32,000 nt of DNA from Candidatus Saccharimonadota bacterium. GTDB lineage: Bacteria; Patescibacteriota; Saccharimonadia; Saccharimonadales; UBA4665. The notes under the pieces were generated by a model that was given only the letters and a program-made list of their open reading frames with translations, did not search any database and was not told the DNA's origin. The translations under genes and the position numbers were made by a program. Shown here piece after piece: positions 16,654-24,884 of the stretch (its first letter is position 1; every line of letters begins with the position of its first letter). Location: assembly GCA_016699935.1 (NCBI GenBank), contig CP064992.1:510001-542000 (forward strand), in the 5' to 3' direction.

Positions 16654-16920
16654 ATGATTTCAGCGGAGAAAAAGACGAAAATTGTCAAAGATTTACAAGC
16701 TAGCAAGGAAGATACGGGCAGTGCAACGGTGCAGGTCGGCATATTTACCGAGCGTATCAAGGAGCTAACAGGACATCTGCAGGTCAACAAGAAAGATTTT
16801 GCGGCTCGCCGCGGTCTATTACAGCTCGTTGGTAAGCGCAAGCGTTTACTCCAGTACATTGCTGCCCAAGATGGCCAAGCATATCTCGATTTGATTAAGA
16901 AGTTGGGGATCCGACGTTAG
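16654..16920 (+). CDS. rpsO: 30S ribosomal protein S15
   Basis: The 88-aa product shows ..DTGSATVQVGIFTERIKELTGHLQVNKKDFAARRGLLQLVGKRKRLLQY.., which is canonical S15. Confidence 0.95.
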   Translation: MISAEKKTKIVKDLQASKEDTGSATVQVGIFTERIKELTGHLQVNKKDFAARRGLLQLVGKRKRLLQYIAAQDGQAYLDLIKKLGIRR

Positions 16921-16936
16921 TTAGAATTTAGAACTT

Positions 16937-16959
16937 GGAATCTAGAACTTCTAGATTCC
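16937..16959 (+). promoter_or_regulatory. 23-nt perfect palindrome in the rpsO-pnp intergenic region (candidate processing or terminator hairpin)
   Basis: The sequence ggaatctagaa-c-ttctagattcc starts 17 nt after the rpsO stop. No T-run follows it. Confidence 0.4.
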
Positions 16960-17012
16960 ATCCTCTAGAATCAAACATTCTACGTTCTTCCTGCGCTAGT
17001 TTTGAAAAATAG

Positions 17013-17036
17013 ATTCCGGATCAAGTCCGGAATGAC
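17013..17036 (-). repeat. solo member of the GTCATTCC..GGAATC hairpin family
   Basis: Plus-strand gattccggatcaagtccggaatgac reads gtcattccggacttgatccggaatc on the minus strand. It has an 8-bp stem (attccgga/tccggaat) and the same GTCAT/GGAATC flanks as the family. Confidence 0.6.
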
Positions 17037-17158
17037 AAGTGGGGAGAGAATCGAAATTCTAGTTACATTAACTATCGGTGGGTGATAAAGAGCAGGTTTC
17101 CACTAGGCATATCAAACAGTGGATGCTTGAACCTTGTTGCTCACCAAAAGGAGGCTAC

Positions 17159-19307
17159 ATGAGCCAAATAACTACTAAAACAATTAACCCTTATGGCAAA
17201 GACCTTGTGGTTGTCGAAACAGAGTTTTGCGGTCGCAAACTGACACTAGAAGTAAACCGCGTTGGATTCCGTACTACGGCCAGTGTACTGGCACGCTACG
17301 GCGACACTGTGGTGCTTGGTACTGCCATGATGGGCAAACCAATCAAGGTATGGACTATTTCCCGCTTAGCATCGACTACGAAGAAAGTTTTATGCTGCAG
17401 GTAAGATCAGTGGCAGCCGTTTTATCAAGCGCGAAGGTCGTCCTAGCGACGATGCCATCCTTATCGGCCGACTTATCGACCGACCAATTCGTCCGCTTTT
17501 CCCAAAGGGTTATCGAAACGAAGTGCAGGGTGTTGCTAGTGTCCTCAGTATGGATCCGGCATTTCGCCCAGATATGATTGCCATGATCGCCATGAGCACA
17601 GCTCTAATGCTCACGGGTGCACCGTTTGACGGTCCAGTTGCCGGCGTCCGAGTCGGCATAAACGAAAAAGGCGATTACCAAGCATTCATGACTGCCGAAG
17701 AGCTAAATGCCAGCAAACTTGATCTAGTCGTCGCCGCTCGTGAAGGTGGTGTTATGATGGTCGAAGCCGGCGCCAATGAAGCTACCGAAGAAGAAGTCGT
17801 GGCAGCCTTGAAGTTTGCCGAGGAAGCAATTAAGCCCGCATTGGCAGCGCAAACCGAACTTGTCAAAAGGTCGGGGTGGAAGCCACCGAATATGAATTGG
17901 TGCTCCCAGACGAAAAATCCAAAAAGCCGTCGATGCTTGGGTTGAGGGAAAACTAGGTGAAGACCTACGAGCACCTTACCCAGAGCGAAACGAATTAGTC
18001 GTGACACTTCGCCAGCAAATGCACGATGCCTTTGCCGAAGAAATTGGGGCTGACGATTATGGCGTGTTACGTAGTGAATACGATGAGGCTTTTCAGATGG
18101 CGTTACACAAAGATGTGCGTAGAGGAATCGTCGAAGACGGCGTGCGACCAGATGGCCGCAAGCTCGACGAAATTCGTACGTTGAGCTCAGAAGTTGGTCT
18201 GCTGCCTCGTGCTCATGGCTCGAGCCTATTTACCAGGGGTATGACGCAGGGAATGAATATAGTTACCCTGGCGCCACTCAGTTATTCTCAAATGGTGGAC
18301 ACCATGGAGCGCAACGAAGAACGCCGCTACATGCACCACTACAATGCTCCCGGCTACACTGTCGGTGAAGTACGTCGACTGGGTTCACCTGGACGCCGCG
18401 AAATTGGCCATGGCTACTTGGCAGAGCGGGCACTGAGTGCCGTGCTGCCAGATGAGTCAGTCTTCCCCTACGCCATTCGCTCGGTTACCGAGATTATGAG
18501 TCAAAACGGATCAACTAGTATGGCAGCGACATGTTCTCGAGTTGTCTAGCTCTAATGGATGCTGGCGTACCACTCAAAGCGCCCGTTTCGGGTATTGCCA
18601 TGGGACTTATGGTGGACGGCGACAAGACTTACATATTGAGTGATATCGCTGACGCCGAAGATTTTGCCGGTGATATGGACTTCAAAGTAACCGGTACCAC
18701 CGTAGGCATCACAGCCTTGCAGATGGATATGAAAGTACACGGTTTGCCAGTAACAGTGCTAGCGGAAGCTTTAGCCCAAGGCAAAGACGGCCGAGCACAC
18801 ATATTGCGCCATATGCTAGAAACAATGCCAGAACCACGGGCAGAACTAAGCCCGTATGCCCCTCGGGTTGAAAGCATACAGATTAACCCTGACAAGATTC
18901 GCGAAATTATCGGTAAGGGTGGCGAGACTATTCAGAAAATTACCGGTGAAACTGGCACAGAAATCGACATCAAAGATGATGGTACGGTGATGATCGCTAG
19001 CCCAGATGGAGATAGCATACAGCGCGCCAAAGACTGGATTCTTTCTATCGTGGAAGATCCAGAAGTGGGCAAAATATATGTCGATAAGCCAGTAGTTTCT
19101 GTCCTGGACTTCGGTGCGTTCGTGCAGATTATGCCCGGCAAAGACGGTCTGGTGCATGTCAGCGAGATGAGCGAGGAACGGGTCAATAAACCGAGTGACG
19201 TTGTCAAAGAAGGCGACCTGGTCACCGTAAAACTCGTCGCCATAGACGACCGCGGTCGCCTGCAACTCAGCATGAAAGCCGCGCAACGGGAACTTGAAAA
19301 GAAATAG
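17159..19307 (+). CDS. pnp: polynucleotide phosphorylase (PNPase), at least four frame changes
   Basis: An AAAGGAGG Shine-Dalgarno precedes the start. Five ORF fragments read continuously: MSQITTKTINPYG.., ..MDYFPLSIDYEE.., ..FIKREGRPSDDAILIGRLIDRPIRPLFP.., ..DGRKLDEIR..HGSSLFTRG.., ..MDAGVPLKAPVSGIAMGL... KH (IIGKGGETIQKI) and S1 (GKIYVDKPVVSVLDFGAFVQI) domains follow. Confidence 0.95.
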
Positions 19308-19312
19308 AAGCA

Positions 19313-19786
19313 ATTTAGCAGGTAACAGAAAGACATTGAGCAGAAATTTGGCATATGGCAGGTAGCAGAGATTCCGCTAGCGACGACAGTCAAAAGAAAC
19401 GAGCACTTCTCGAACGTAGGATGTTGGTTTTGCGGCCGATGTGATACGAAAGCTCGAGAAAGCACCCCGTATACCTAATCGCTTAGTAGATCAACTTACG
19501 GGTTCGTCATCGAGTATTGGCGCAAATTACGCCGAAGCATGTAATGGCGTGTCTCGTATGGATTTTCGCAACAAAATCTATATAGCTAAAAAGGAAGCAG
19601 CGGAAACCCGTTTTTGGTTGGATTTGTGTATGGAAGTACAGCCAAAGGATGATGAATGGGTGCGTTTACGTCAAGAAGCCCATGAACTGCTCATAATATT
19701 ACAGGCAATAGTTAACGCATAAAAGCGGGTCTGCGAAATGAAAAATGCCAAATTTCTGCTAAATGCTCAATGTCTTTCTGCTAAAT
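19313..19786. mobile_element. inverted-repeat-bounded cassette carrying the four-helix-bundle gene
   Basis: The left arm atttagcag..aaagacattgagc..agaaatttggcat (19313-19354) is mirrored by the right arm atgccaaatttctgc..gctcaatgtcttt..ctgctaaat (19745-19786). The cassette fills the pnp-udg gap almost exactly, with 5 nt and 12 nt to spare. Confidence 0.6.
19355..19722 (+). CDS. four-helix-bundle protein (23S rRNA intervening-sequence protein family), one frame change near 19415-19440
   Basis: The family signature is ..QLTGSSSSIGANYAEACNGVSRMDFRNKIYIAKKEAAETRFWLDL... The N-terminal ..KKRALLER / ..GFAADVIRKL lies in an adjacent frame starting from the ATG at 19355. Confidence 0.75.
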
Positions 19787-19798
19787 CGAGGCTTGCTC

Positions 19799-20422
19799 AT
19801 GGCTAATCAAAAGAAATTAGATGTGCTAAAAGTTCGTTTAGAAGCATCTGGTATAACCCCAGAGCTTGCAACAGGGGCGACGCAGTTGGTTTTTGGCAGA
19901 AGGTAACCCGGACGCCGACATAGTCTTCATTGGCGAGGCACCGGGAAGCAGGAAGATTTACAGGGAAAGCCCTTTGTGGGGGCAAGTGGTAAGTTTCTGG
20001 ACGAAATGCTGGCGAGCATCGGCCTGAAGCGTCAGGATGTGTACATTACCAATATTGTTAAGTATCGACCGCCAGATAACCGCGACCCATTGCCGGAGGA
20101 AAAGAAAGCGTTTATGCCATACCTGCAACAGCAACTTGAGATTATTGAGCCGAAGATTGTTGTGACCCTAGGGCGGCATAGCGGAGGTTGCTTTATCCCA
20201 GATTTACATATCAGCACCGACCATGGCAAGCCGAAGAGGATTAGAGTTAAGAGGTATGAGTTAAGAGATAAGAATGAAAAAACAGAGAGCGGCGACACGA
20301 TGGAGCTAGTGATTGTACCCTTGTACCATCCTGCGGCCGCTTTGTATAACGGTGGAATGAGGCAGACGCTACTGGAGGATTTTGCCCTTATACCAGCAGT
20401 ATTGAAAAAGATTAAGATTTAA
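19799..20422 (+). CDS. family-4 uracil-DNA glycosylase, two frame changes near 19885-19950
   Basis: Across the shifts it reads ..[58 protein letters not shown]... These are the family-4 motifs GEAPG..ED..G.PFVG and the RPP.NR motif. Confidence 0.85.
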
Positions 20423-20604
20423 GGATAAATAGTTAAAGATTAATGGTAGATGATTAATTAATAAGGATAAATGGTTAAGAAAATAAGAATAATTTACTAA
20501 ATAATGTTGTCATCCCAGAAATAAACGGGGTCCAGAACAGAAAGAAACTAGATTTCAGCTCATGCAGAAATGACAACCCGAACATAATGTAACAAGGAGA
20601 AAAT

Positions 20605-22590
20605 ATGGATAATAAACCAGGAATGAAGAATGGAGAACGAAGAATGCAAAAACCACAAAATAGCCGAGGGGGTGGGAATCAGCGCCGGTCGGGGCAGAAG
20701 AATAGTCCACAGCAGAACGGTAGCTCACAACCGTCAGCAAATGGGAAACCGGCCGTGAGCCGTGGTGCTGCTGTGCGGGCGCAAAAGCGAACGCAGATGG
20801 ATGCTCAGCGCGTGGCAAACCAGTGGATGCCAGCGCAGGTTGACGAAAACCGACGAGCCAACTTCATAGACGATACACCACGTCTAAAGATTATCGGCCT
20901 CGGTGGTATGGACGGCGGTGGTAGCAAGAACATGATGCTTGTGGAGTATGTGAACGATGCGGTTGTCATTGACGCCGGAAACGACCTCAGTGTCGACCTG
21001 CCAGGCATAAACTACGGTATTGCCGACACGGCATACATGGAAAACATCCGGCACAAGCTTCGTGCCTATATCATCACGCACGGACACCTCGACCATATTG
21101 GTGGCTTGCCGCACATTGTACCGAAGTTCCCGGCGCCAGTGTATGGCAGCAAATTTACCATTGGCCGCGTCCATGAGATTTTTGAGAATTTTGGTTTGCC
21201 TATGCCCGAAGGTTTTGAACTCAAAACAGTTGAGATGAACGAAGATACACACGAACGGCTCAAAATTGGCGAATTCTACGTCGAGCTAGTGCGGGTGACG
21301 CACTCGATCCCTGGGAGCACCATTGTGGTACTCGATACACCAGTCGGGCGTATCATTAACACTGGTGACTTCCGGTTCGATCCTAACCCGCTAGACCATG
21401 AACGTACCGATATGGAGCGGCTGATTGAGCTTGGCAATGAAGGCGTACTGGCGCTTCTGAGCGAAAGCACTACTGTGGAGCGTCTGGGACGAACGCCTTC
21501 TGAAAGTACTATCGAAAAAAGCTATGTCGACATAATGCAGCAAGCGCCTGGGCGTATCTTCGTTGGCGTGTTCAGCACGAACATGAACCGTATACAGATG
21601 ATTGTGAATGCTGCTGTCCACCACGGGCGCAAAGTCGCCATAGATGGTCGCAGCATGGTCAGTACCCTCGAGATGGCAGTGCGCCACGGGTTTATGAAGA
21701 TTCCTAAGGGCACATTCATACCGATTGCCCAGGTTGGCACCATGACAGATGGCCAAGTCGTTGTGATTTGTACCGGAAGCCAGGGCGAGCCATCTTCGGC
21801 ACTCCAGCGTATGGCCAACGGCGAACATCGCCATATTAAACTCAAAGAGCAGGACACGGTTATTCTTTCGAGTACACCAATCCCAGAGAGCGGCAACGAC
21901 GCGCTTATTGGTCAGATGGTCGATGACCTCGTAAAAAACCACGTACATGTGTTTGAACACCGCAATCACGACCTCGATAAGGTTGGCCCACTGCACGTAT
22001 CTGGTCATGCTAGTCAGGACGAATACGCCGAAATGATTCAGATGACAAAACCTAAGTTTTTCATCCCAATTTACGGCGCTTTCCGTGTCAAACAGCGTCA
22101 TATAGACCTCGCTATAGAGCAGGGTATACCACGCGCAAACTGTCTGAATGCACTGAACGGAGAAGTAATTGCCCTCACACCAGATAAGATGGAAATCATA
22201 GGTGAAGTACCCTCCGGTACTATCCTTGTCGACCAAACGGGAGCTATCGTGAGTAATGTGGTGGTGAAGGACCGCGTACTTCTGGCAGAGGAAGGCCTCG
22301 TCGCTGTTGTACTCACGGTCGACAAAAAGACAGGAAACTTGCTCACGAGCCCCGACATCATCAGTCGTGGATTCATATACATGCGTGAGCAAGAGGAAAT
22401 TATGAATGGTCTCAGGGGCGAAGTGCGCCGGGCTGTCACGCAGCGTTACAAGCGCATAGACATAGACCGCTTTAAGGCAGAGTTAAAAGACCACATTACC
22501 CACTACTTGTTTGAGCAGACCGGCCGTAGTCCCATAGTCATACCGGTGATAAACATCATCGGTGGCAAGAGCGAAGATACTGCAGCGTAA
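20605..22590 (+). CDS. rnj: ribonuclease J with an N-terminal basic extension of about 85 aa
   Basis: The metallo-beta-lactamase motif is YIITHGHLDHIGG. The beta-CASP and C-terminal regions are present, and the 661-aa ORF is intact. The first 85 aa or so are Gly/Gln/Arg/Asn-rich. Confidence 0.9.
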   Translation: MDNKPGMKNGERRMQKPQNSRGGGNQRRSGQKNSPQQNGSSQPSANGKPAVSRGAAVRAQKRTQMDAQRVANQWMPAQVDENRRANFIDDTPRLKIIGLGGMDGGGSKNMMLVEYVNDAVVIDAGNDLSVDLPGINYGIADTAYMENIRHKLRAYIITHGHLDHIGGLPHIVPKFPAPVYGSKFTIGRVHEIFENFGLPMPEGFELKTVEMNEDTHERLKIGEFYVELVRVTHSIPGSTIVVLDTPVGRIINTGDFRFDPNPLDHERTDMERLIELGNEGVLALLSESTTVERLGRTPSESTIEKSYVDIMQQAPGRIFVGVFSTNMNRIQMIVNAAVHHGRKVAIDGRSMVSTLEMAVRHGFMKIPKGTFIPIAQVGTMTDGQVVVICTGSQGEPSSALQRMANGEHRHIKLKEQDTVILSSTPIPESGNDALIGQMVDDLVKNHVHVFEHRNHDLDKVGPLHVSGHASQDEYAEMIQMTKPKFFIPIYGAFRVKQRHIDLAIEQGIPRANCLNALNGEVIALTPDKMEIIGEVPSGTILVDQTGAIVSNVVVKDRVLLAEEGLVAVVLTVDKKTGNLLTSPDIISRGFIYMREQEEIMNGLRGEVRRAVTQRYKRIDIDRFKAELKDHITHYLFEQTGRSPIVIPVINIIGGKSEDTAA

Positions 22591-22721
22591 AAAACTGCTA
22601 TAGGGTAAACAACAAGCCCGCCGAGTTGCAAAAAACACAGAAGGAAATCGCTGCCGAACAGCAAGCTCGTTTTCAGGCTATGCGCGAACGCCTCCTCAAC
22701 CAAGACCCCCGCGTTGATTAA
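22575..22721 (+). repeat. direct repeat, left copy (147 bp), spanning the last 16 nt of rnj and its 3' flank
   Basis: It is identical to 24251-24396 except for one extra C in a C-run (gaccccc versus gacccc). This was verified by eye along its whole length. Confidence 0.95.
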
Positions 22722-22835
22722 GTACGCAGCATCTCTTTCGTGAATAGCAGAATGAATAAATTAACCAGCCGTGAAGCATAGCAGCTTATCTGACTAGTAA
22801 ACGGTCGCCGTTGCATACTATCCCTCGTATAATAG

Positions 22836-22864
22836 TTGACCATATAACAAAAATGTGCTATTAT
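22836..22864 (+). promoter_or_regulatory. cassette promoter (TTGACC-17-TGcTATTAT, extended -10)
   Basis: TTGACC lies at 22836-22841 and TATTAT at 22859-22864, preceded by TGC. It sits in an AT-rich stretch just inside the left repeat. Confidence 0.5.
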
Positions 22865-22897
22865 GCAGTAACGTTATAGAAAATAAAAAAATAAAAT

Positions 22898-23509
22898 ATG
22901 CAATGTGAAAAACTAGGCGACGGCCATATTACAAATGGCGATTTTTCTACGGCTCCTCCTACTGCAGGGGTGAGTCGGTTATCGCAGACTTTTGAGAGAC
23001 TGTGTGAGTCAGAAATCACGAATGACGCATTACTACCAAAAGAGGTCATCGCAACGGGCAGCAATATAGTACGTGATGGGCAAATCGGCGTTATTAAAAG
23101 TAATACGGGTTTTGAAGTATCATTTAAGTTGACGGACGAGGCATATGCTGATTTAGAGAGTCGTGTAGATTTGCCGCCGAGCGATGGAACGATCCGGCGT
23201 AAACAGCCGTATAAGTTTCTAGTGGCCTACGACAGTGAGGAGCAAAAAGTTATAAGCAGCGAAAGAGTTGTAGAGACGGGAACTGCTGAGAGGTATACGA
23301 TTAATGGTATTACGGCAGATATCTCCCATTATGATCCAAACTGGCAGGCACTCAACGGCTTAGTTACCATTATGGTTCCCAATGAAGCTGCTGGCGCTGA
23401 AGCGGGGGAATTAGCTAGTAATGTAGATGGAATCTGTCGTACACTTTTCGGGTGTAGCGATGTATTTCAACCTCCTGACGAAGCCGCAGAAGCATTGCAA
23501 AAAAACTAG
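22898..23509 (+). CDS. hypothetical protein (203 aa), possibly the N-terminal half of one 456-aa cassette protein
   Basis: I recognise no family. The stop lies right after the A7 run at 23499-23505. With one more A the frame reads ..AEALQKKLAYLKHHRLEESPETAYVPELVRQE.. straight into the next ORF. Confidence 0.5.
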   Translation: MQCEKLGDGHITNGDFSTAPPTAGVSRLSQTFERLCESEITNDALLPKEVIATGSNIVRDGQIGVIKSNTGFEVSFKLTDEAYADLESRVDLPPSDGTIRRKQPYKFLVAYDSEEQKVISSERVVETGTAERYTINGITADISHYDPNWQALNGLVTIMVPNEAAGAEAGELASNVDGICRTLFGCSDVFQPPDEAAEALQKN

Positions 23510-23556
23510 CGTACTTAAAGCATCACCGTCTAGAAGAATCACCCGAGACAGCATAT

Positions 23557-24266
23557 GTGCCAGAGCTTGTTCGTCAAGAGGTATTTCCGGGTCATTTGGC
23601 TTATGTTGACCCAAACAAGCACAAGAAATATGAAGAGGAATTTGGCCAAATACTCATATTTCATAACGTTGCGCTCGAAGAAGATATCGTAAGCATCGTG
23701 AAGAATGGCCTACTTGCAGCCCGCGAAAGGACAGAACGTGGCATATTAGCGGGTGGCTTATCAGTATTGAGTGATTTGAAGGCAGGTGGTGCCGATAGCG
23801 CATACGTGCGCATGGTGACCTCAGAGAGCATAAAAATGGAAAAACAACTGATGATTATGGAGGAATGGCGGTTTTGTTAAGGCCATCCCTTCTAGATCGA
23901 ACGGATTGGTACGCGTACCCTAATGATAGCTATGGATCGACAACGCCAGAGGATATAGCCACTAGCTTACCACCGGCAGGACTCTTTCGTCACATTAACG
24001 AATGCGGCTTAGATAATGTTGAGCAATATAATGAATCAATGTTTGCTACCGGCATCTCCCCAAATGAAATTGCTGGCATCGTTGTTAGTGATGAAGAATC
24101 CCAGCGGCGTATAATAACAAGATTGAAAGCCAGCGGAGTTACAGTAGTGTATGGTATTGAACTTGAAGATTTTGTGCAAGTAGCCACAACCTATACGCAA
24201 ATGAACGCCATTTCTCATGGAATAAACGGCGTCCGACAGCAGAAATTAGTAGATACTGCAGCGTAA
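23557..24266 (+). CDS. putative ADP-ribosyltransferase/Tpt1-fold-like protein, one frame change at the A5 run 23840-23844
   Basis: Fragments 23557-23880 and 23865-24266 join as ..SESIKMEKTTDDYGGMAVLLRPS... The motif order resembles H-Y/R-E ART-fold enzymes: ILIFHNVALEEDIVSIVKNGLL, then AYVRMV, then VLLRPSLLDRTDWYAYPNDSYGS, then QYNESMFATGISPNEIAGIVV. The last five codons (DTAA-stop) lie inside the right direct repeat. Confidence 0.35.
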
Positions 24267-24396
24267 AAAACTGCTATAGGGTAAACAACAAGCCCGCCGA
24301 GTTGCAAAAAACACAGAAGGAAATCGCTGCCGAACAGCAAGCTCGTTTTCAGGCTATGCGCGAACGCCTCCTCAACCAAGACCCCGCGTTGATTAA
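24251..24396 (+). repeat. direct repeat, right copy (146 bp)
   Basis: See the left copy at 22575-22721. The two copies enclose 1529 bp (22722-24250). Confidence 0.95.
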
Positions 24397-24417
24397 CTTT
24401 CCCTAAGCAGATAGGCA

Positions 24418-24538
24418 CCTGAGTCTCAAAACAGTTTCCACTTGTACTTGTGTCATTCCCGCGAAGGCGGGAATCCATTTCATATATCTGGATCCCAGCC
24501 TTCGCTGGGATGACAACCTGGGGTTTTGAGACCCAGAT
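24418..24538. mobile_element. 121-bp MITE-like element, copy 2 (7-bp TSD ATAGGCA)
   Basis: The terminal repeats are cctgagtctcaaaac and gttttgagacccag(at). The hairpins are gtcattcccgcgaaggcgggaatcc (24452-24476) and ggatcccagccttcgctgggatgac (24490-24514). ATAGGCA lies at 24411-24417 and again at 24539-24545. Confidence 0.8.
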
Positions 24539-24547
24539 ATAGGCATA

Positions 24548-24576
24548 TTGACACAAGTTGTAAAATAAGCTATAAT
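24548..24576 (+). promoter_or_regulatory. consensus sigma70 promoter (TTGACA-17-TATAAT)
   Basis: TTGACA lies at 24548-24553 and TATAAT at 24571-24576. The ATG at 24586 lies 9 nt past the -10 element and has no Shine-Dalgarno, so the transcript is leaderless or nearly so. Confidence 0.6.
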
Positions 24577-24585
24577 AAAGTTATA

Positions 24586-24873
24586 ATGCCAAAAATAAAC
24601 AAAGTTCGTCCTTCTGAAGAATGGCTTGCTGTCGAAGCACATAACGATAAAGATTTGTTATACCTCTTAACCTTGAAAGAAGATGTGATTGAGGAAAGAC
24701 TTGCATATAGGCGAGGCGATAAGCCAGGCGACGATGAAGGTTATGACGTCGCAGTTAGCGGGTTAAATAATCTCATCGCAAGCGCCAGGCAGAACTTAAT
24801 ATCGATCCAAACATTGGTCCACTTGATTACATCAAGAACAAGGAATAGACTACCGCAATCAATAATTGTATAA
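24586..24873 (+). CDS. small hypothetical protein (95 aa)
   Basis: The product is MPKINKVRPSEEWLAVEAHNDKDLLYLLTLKEDVIEERLAYRRGDKPGDDEGYD... The listed ORF start at 24526 lies inside the MITE and upstream of the promoter, so I prefer the ATG at 24586. I recognise no family. Confidence 0.45.
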   Translation: MPKINKVRPSEEWLAVEAHNDKDLLYLLTLKEDVIEERLAYRRGDKPGDDEGYDVAVSGLNNLIASARQNLISIQTLVHLITSRTRNRLPQSIIV

Positions 24874-24884
24874 TCAAAAGCATT

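Noticed and set aside
20420-20481. oriC-type DnaA boxes (ttatcctta on the minus strand, twice)
   Set aside because: Only 7 of 9 positions match the consensus and there are just two copies. There is no dnaA or dnaN nearby and no AT-rich 13-mer unwinding pattern beyond general AT richness.
22600-22721. Small ORF inside the 146-bp repeat (..KPAELQKTQKEIAAEQQARFQAMRERLLNQDP..)
   Set aside because: It is coiled-coil-like and conserved in both copies by definition. However, it has no ATG, GTG or Shine-Dalgarno (only a possible TTG), and the two copies end differently because of the C-run length. It cannot be supported as a gene.
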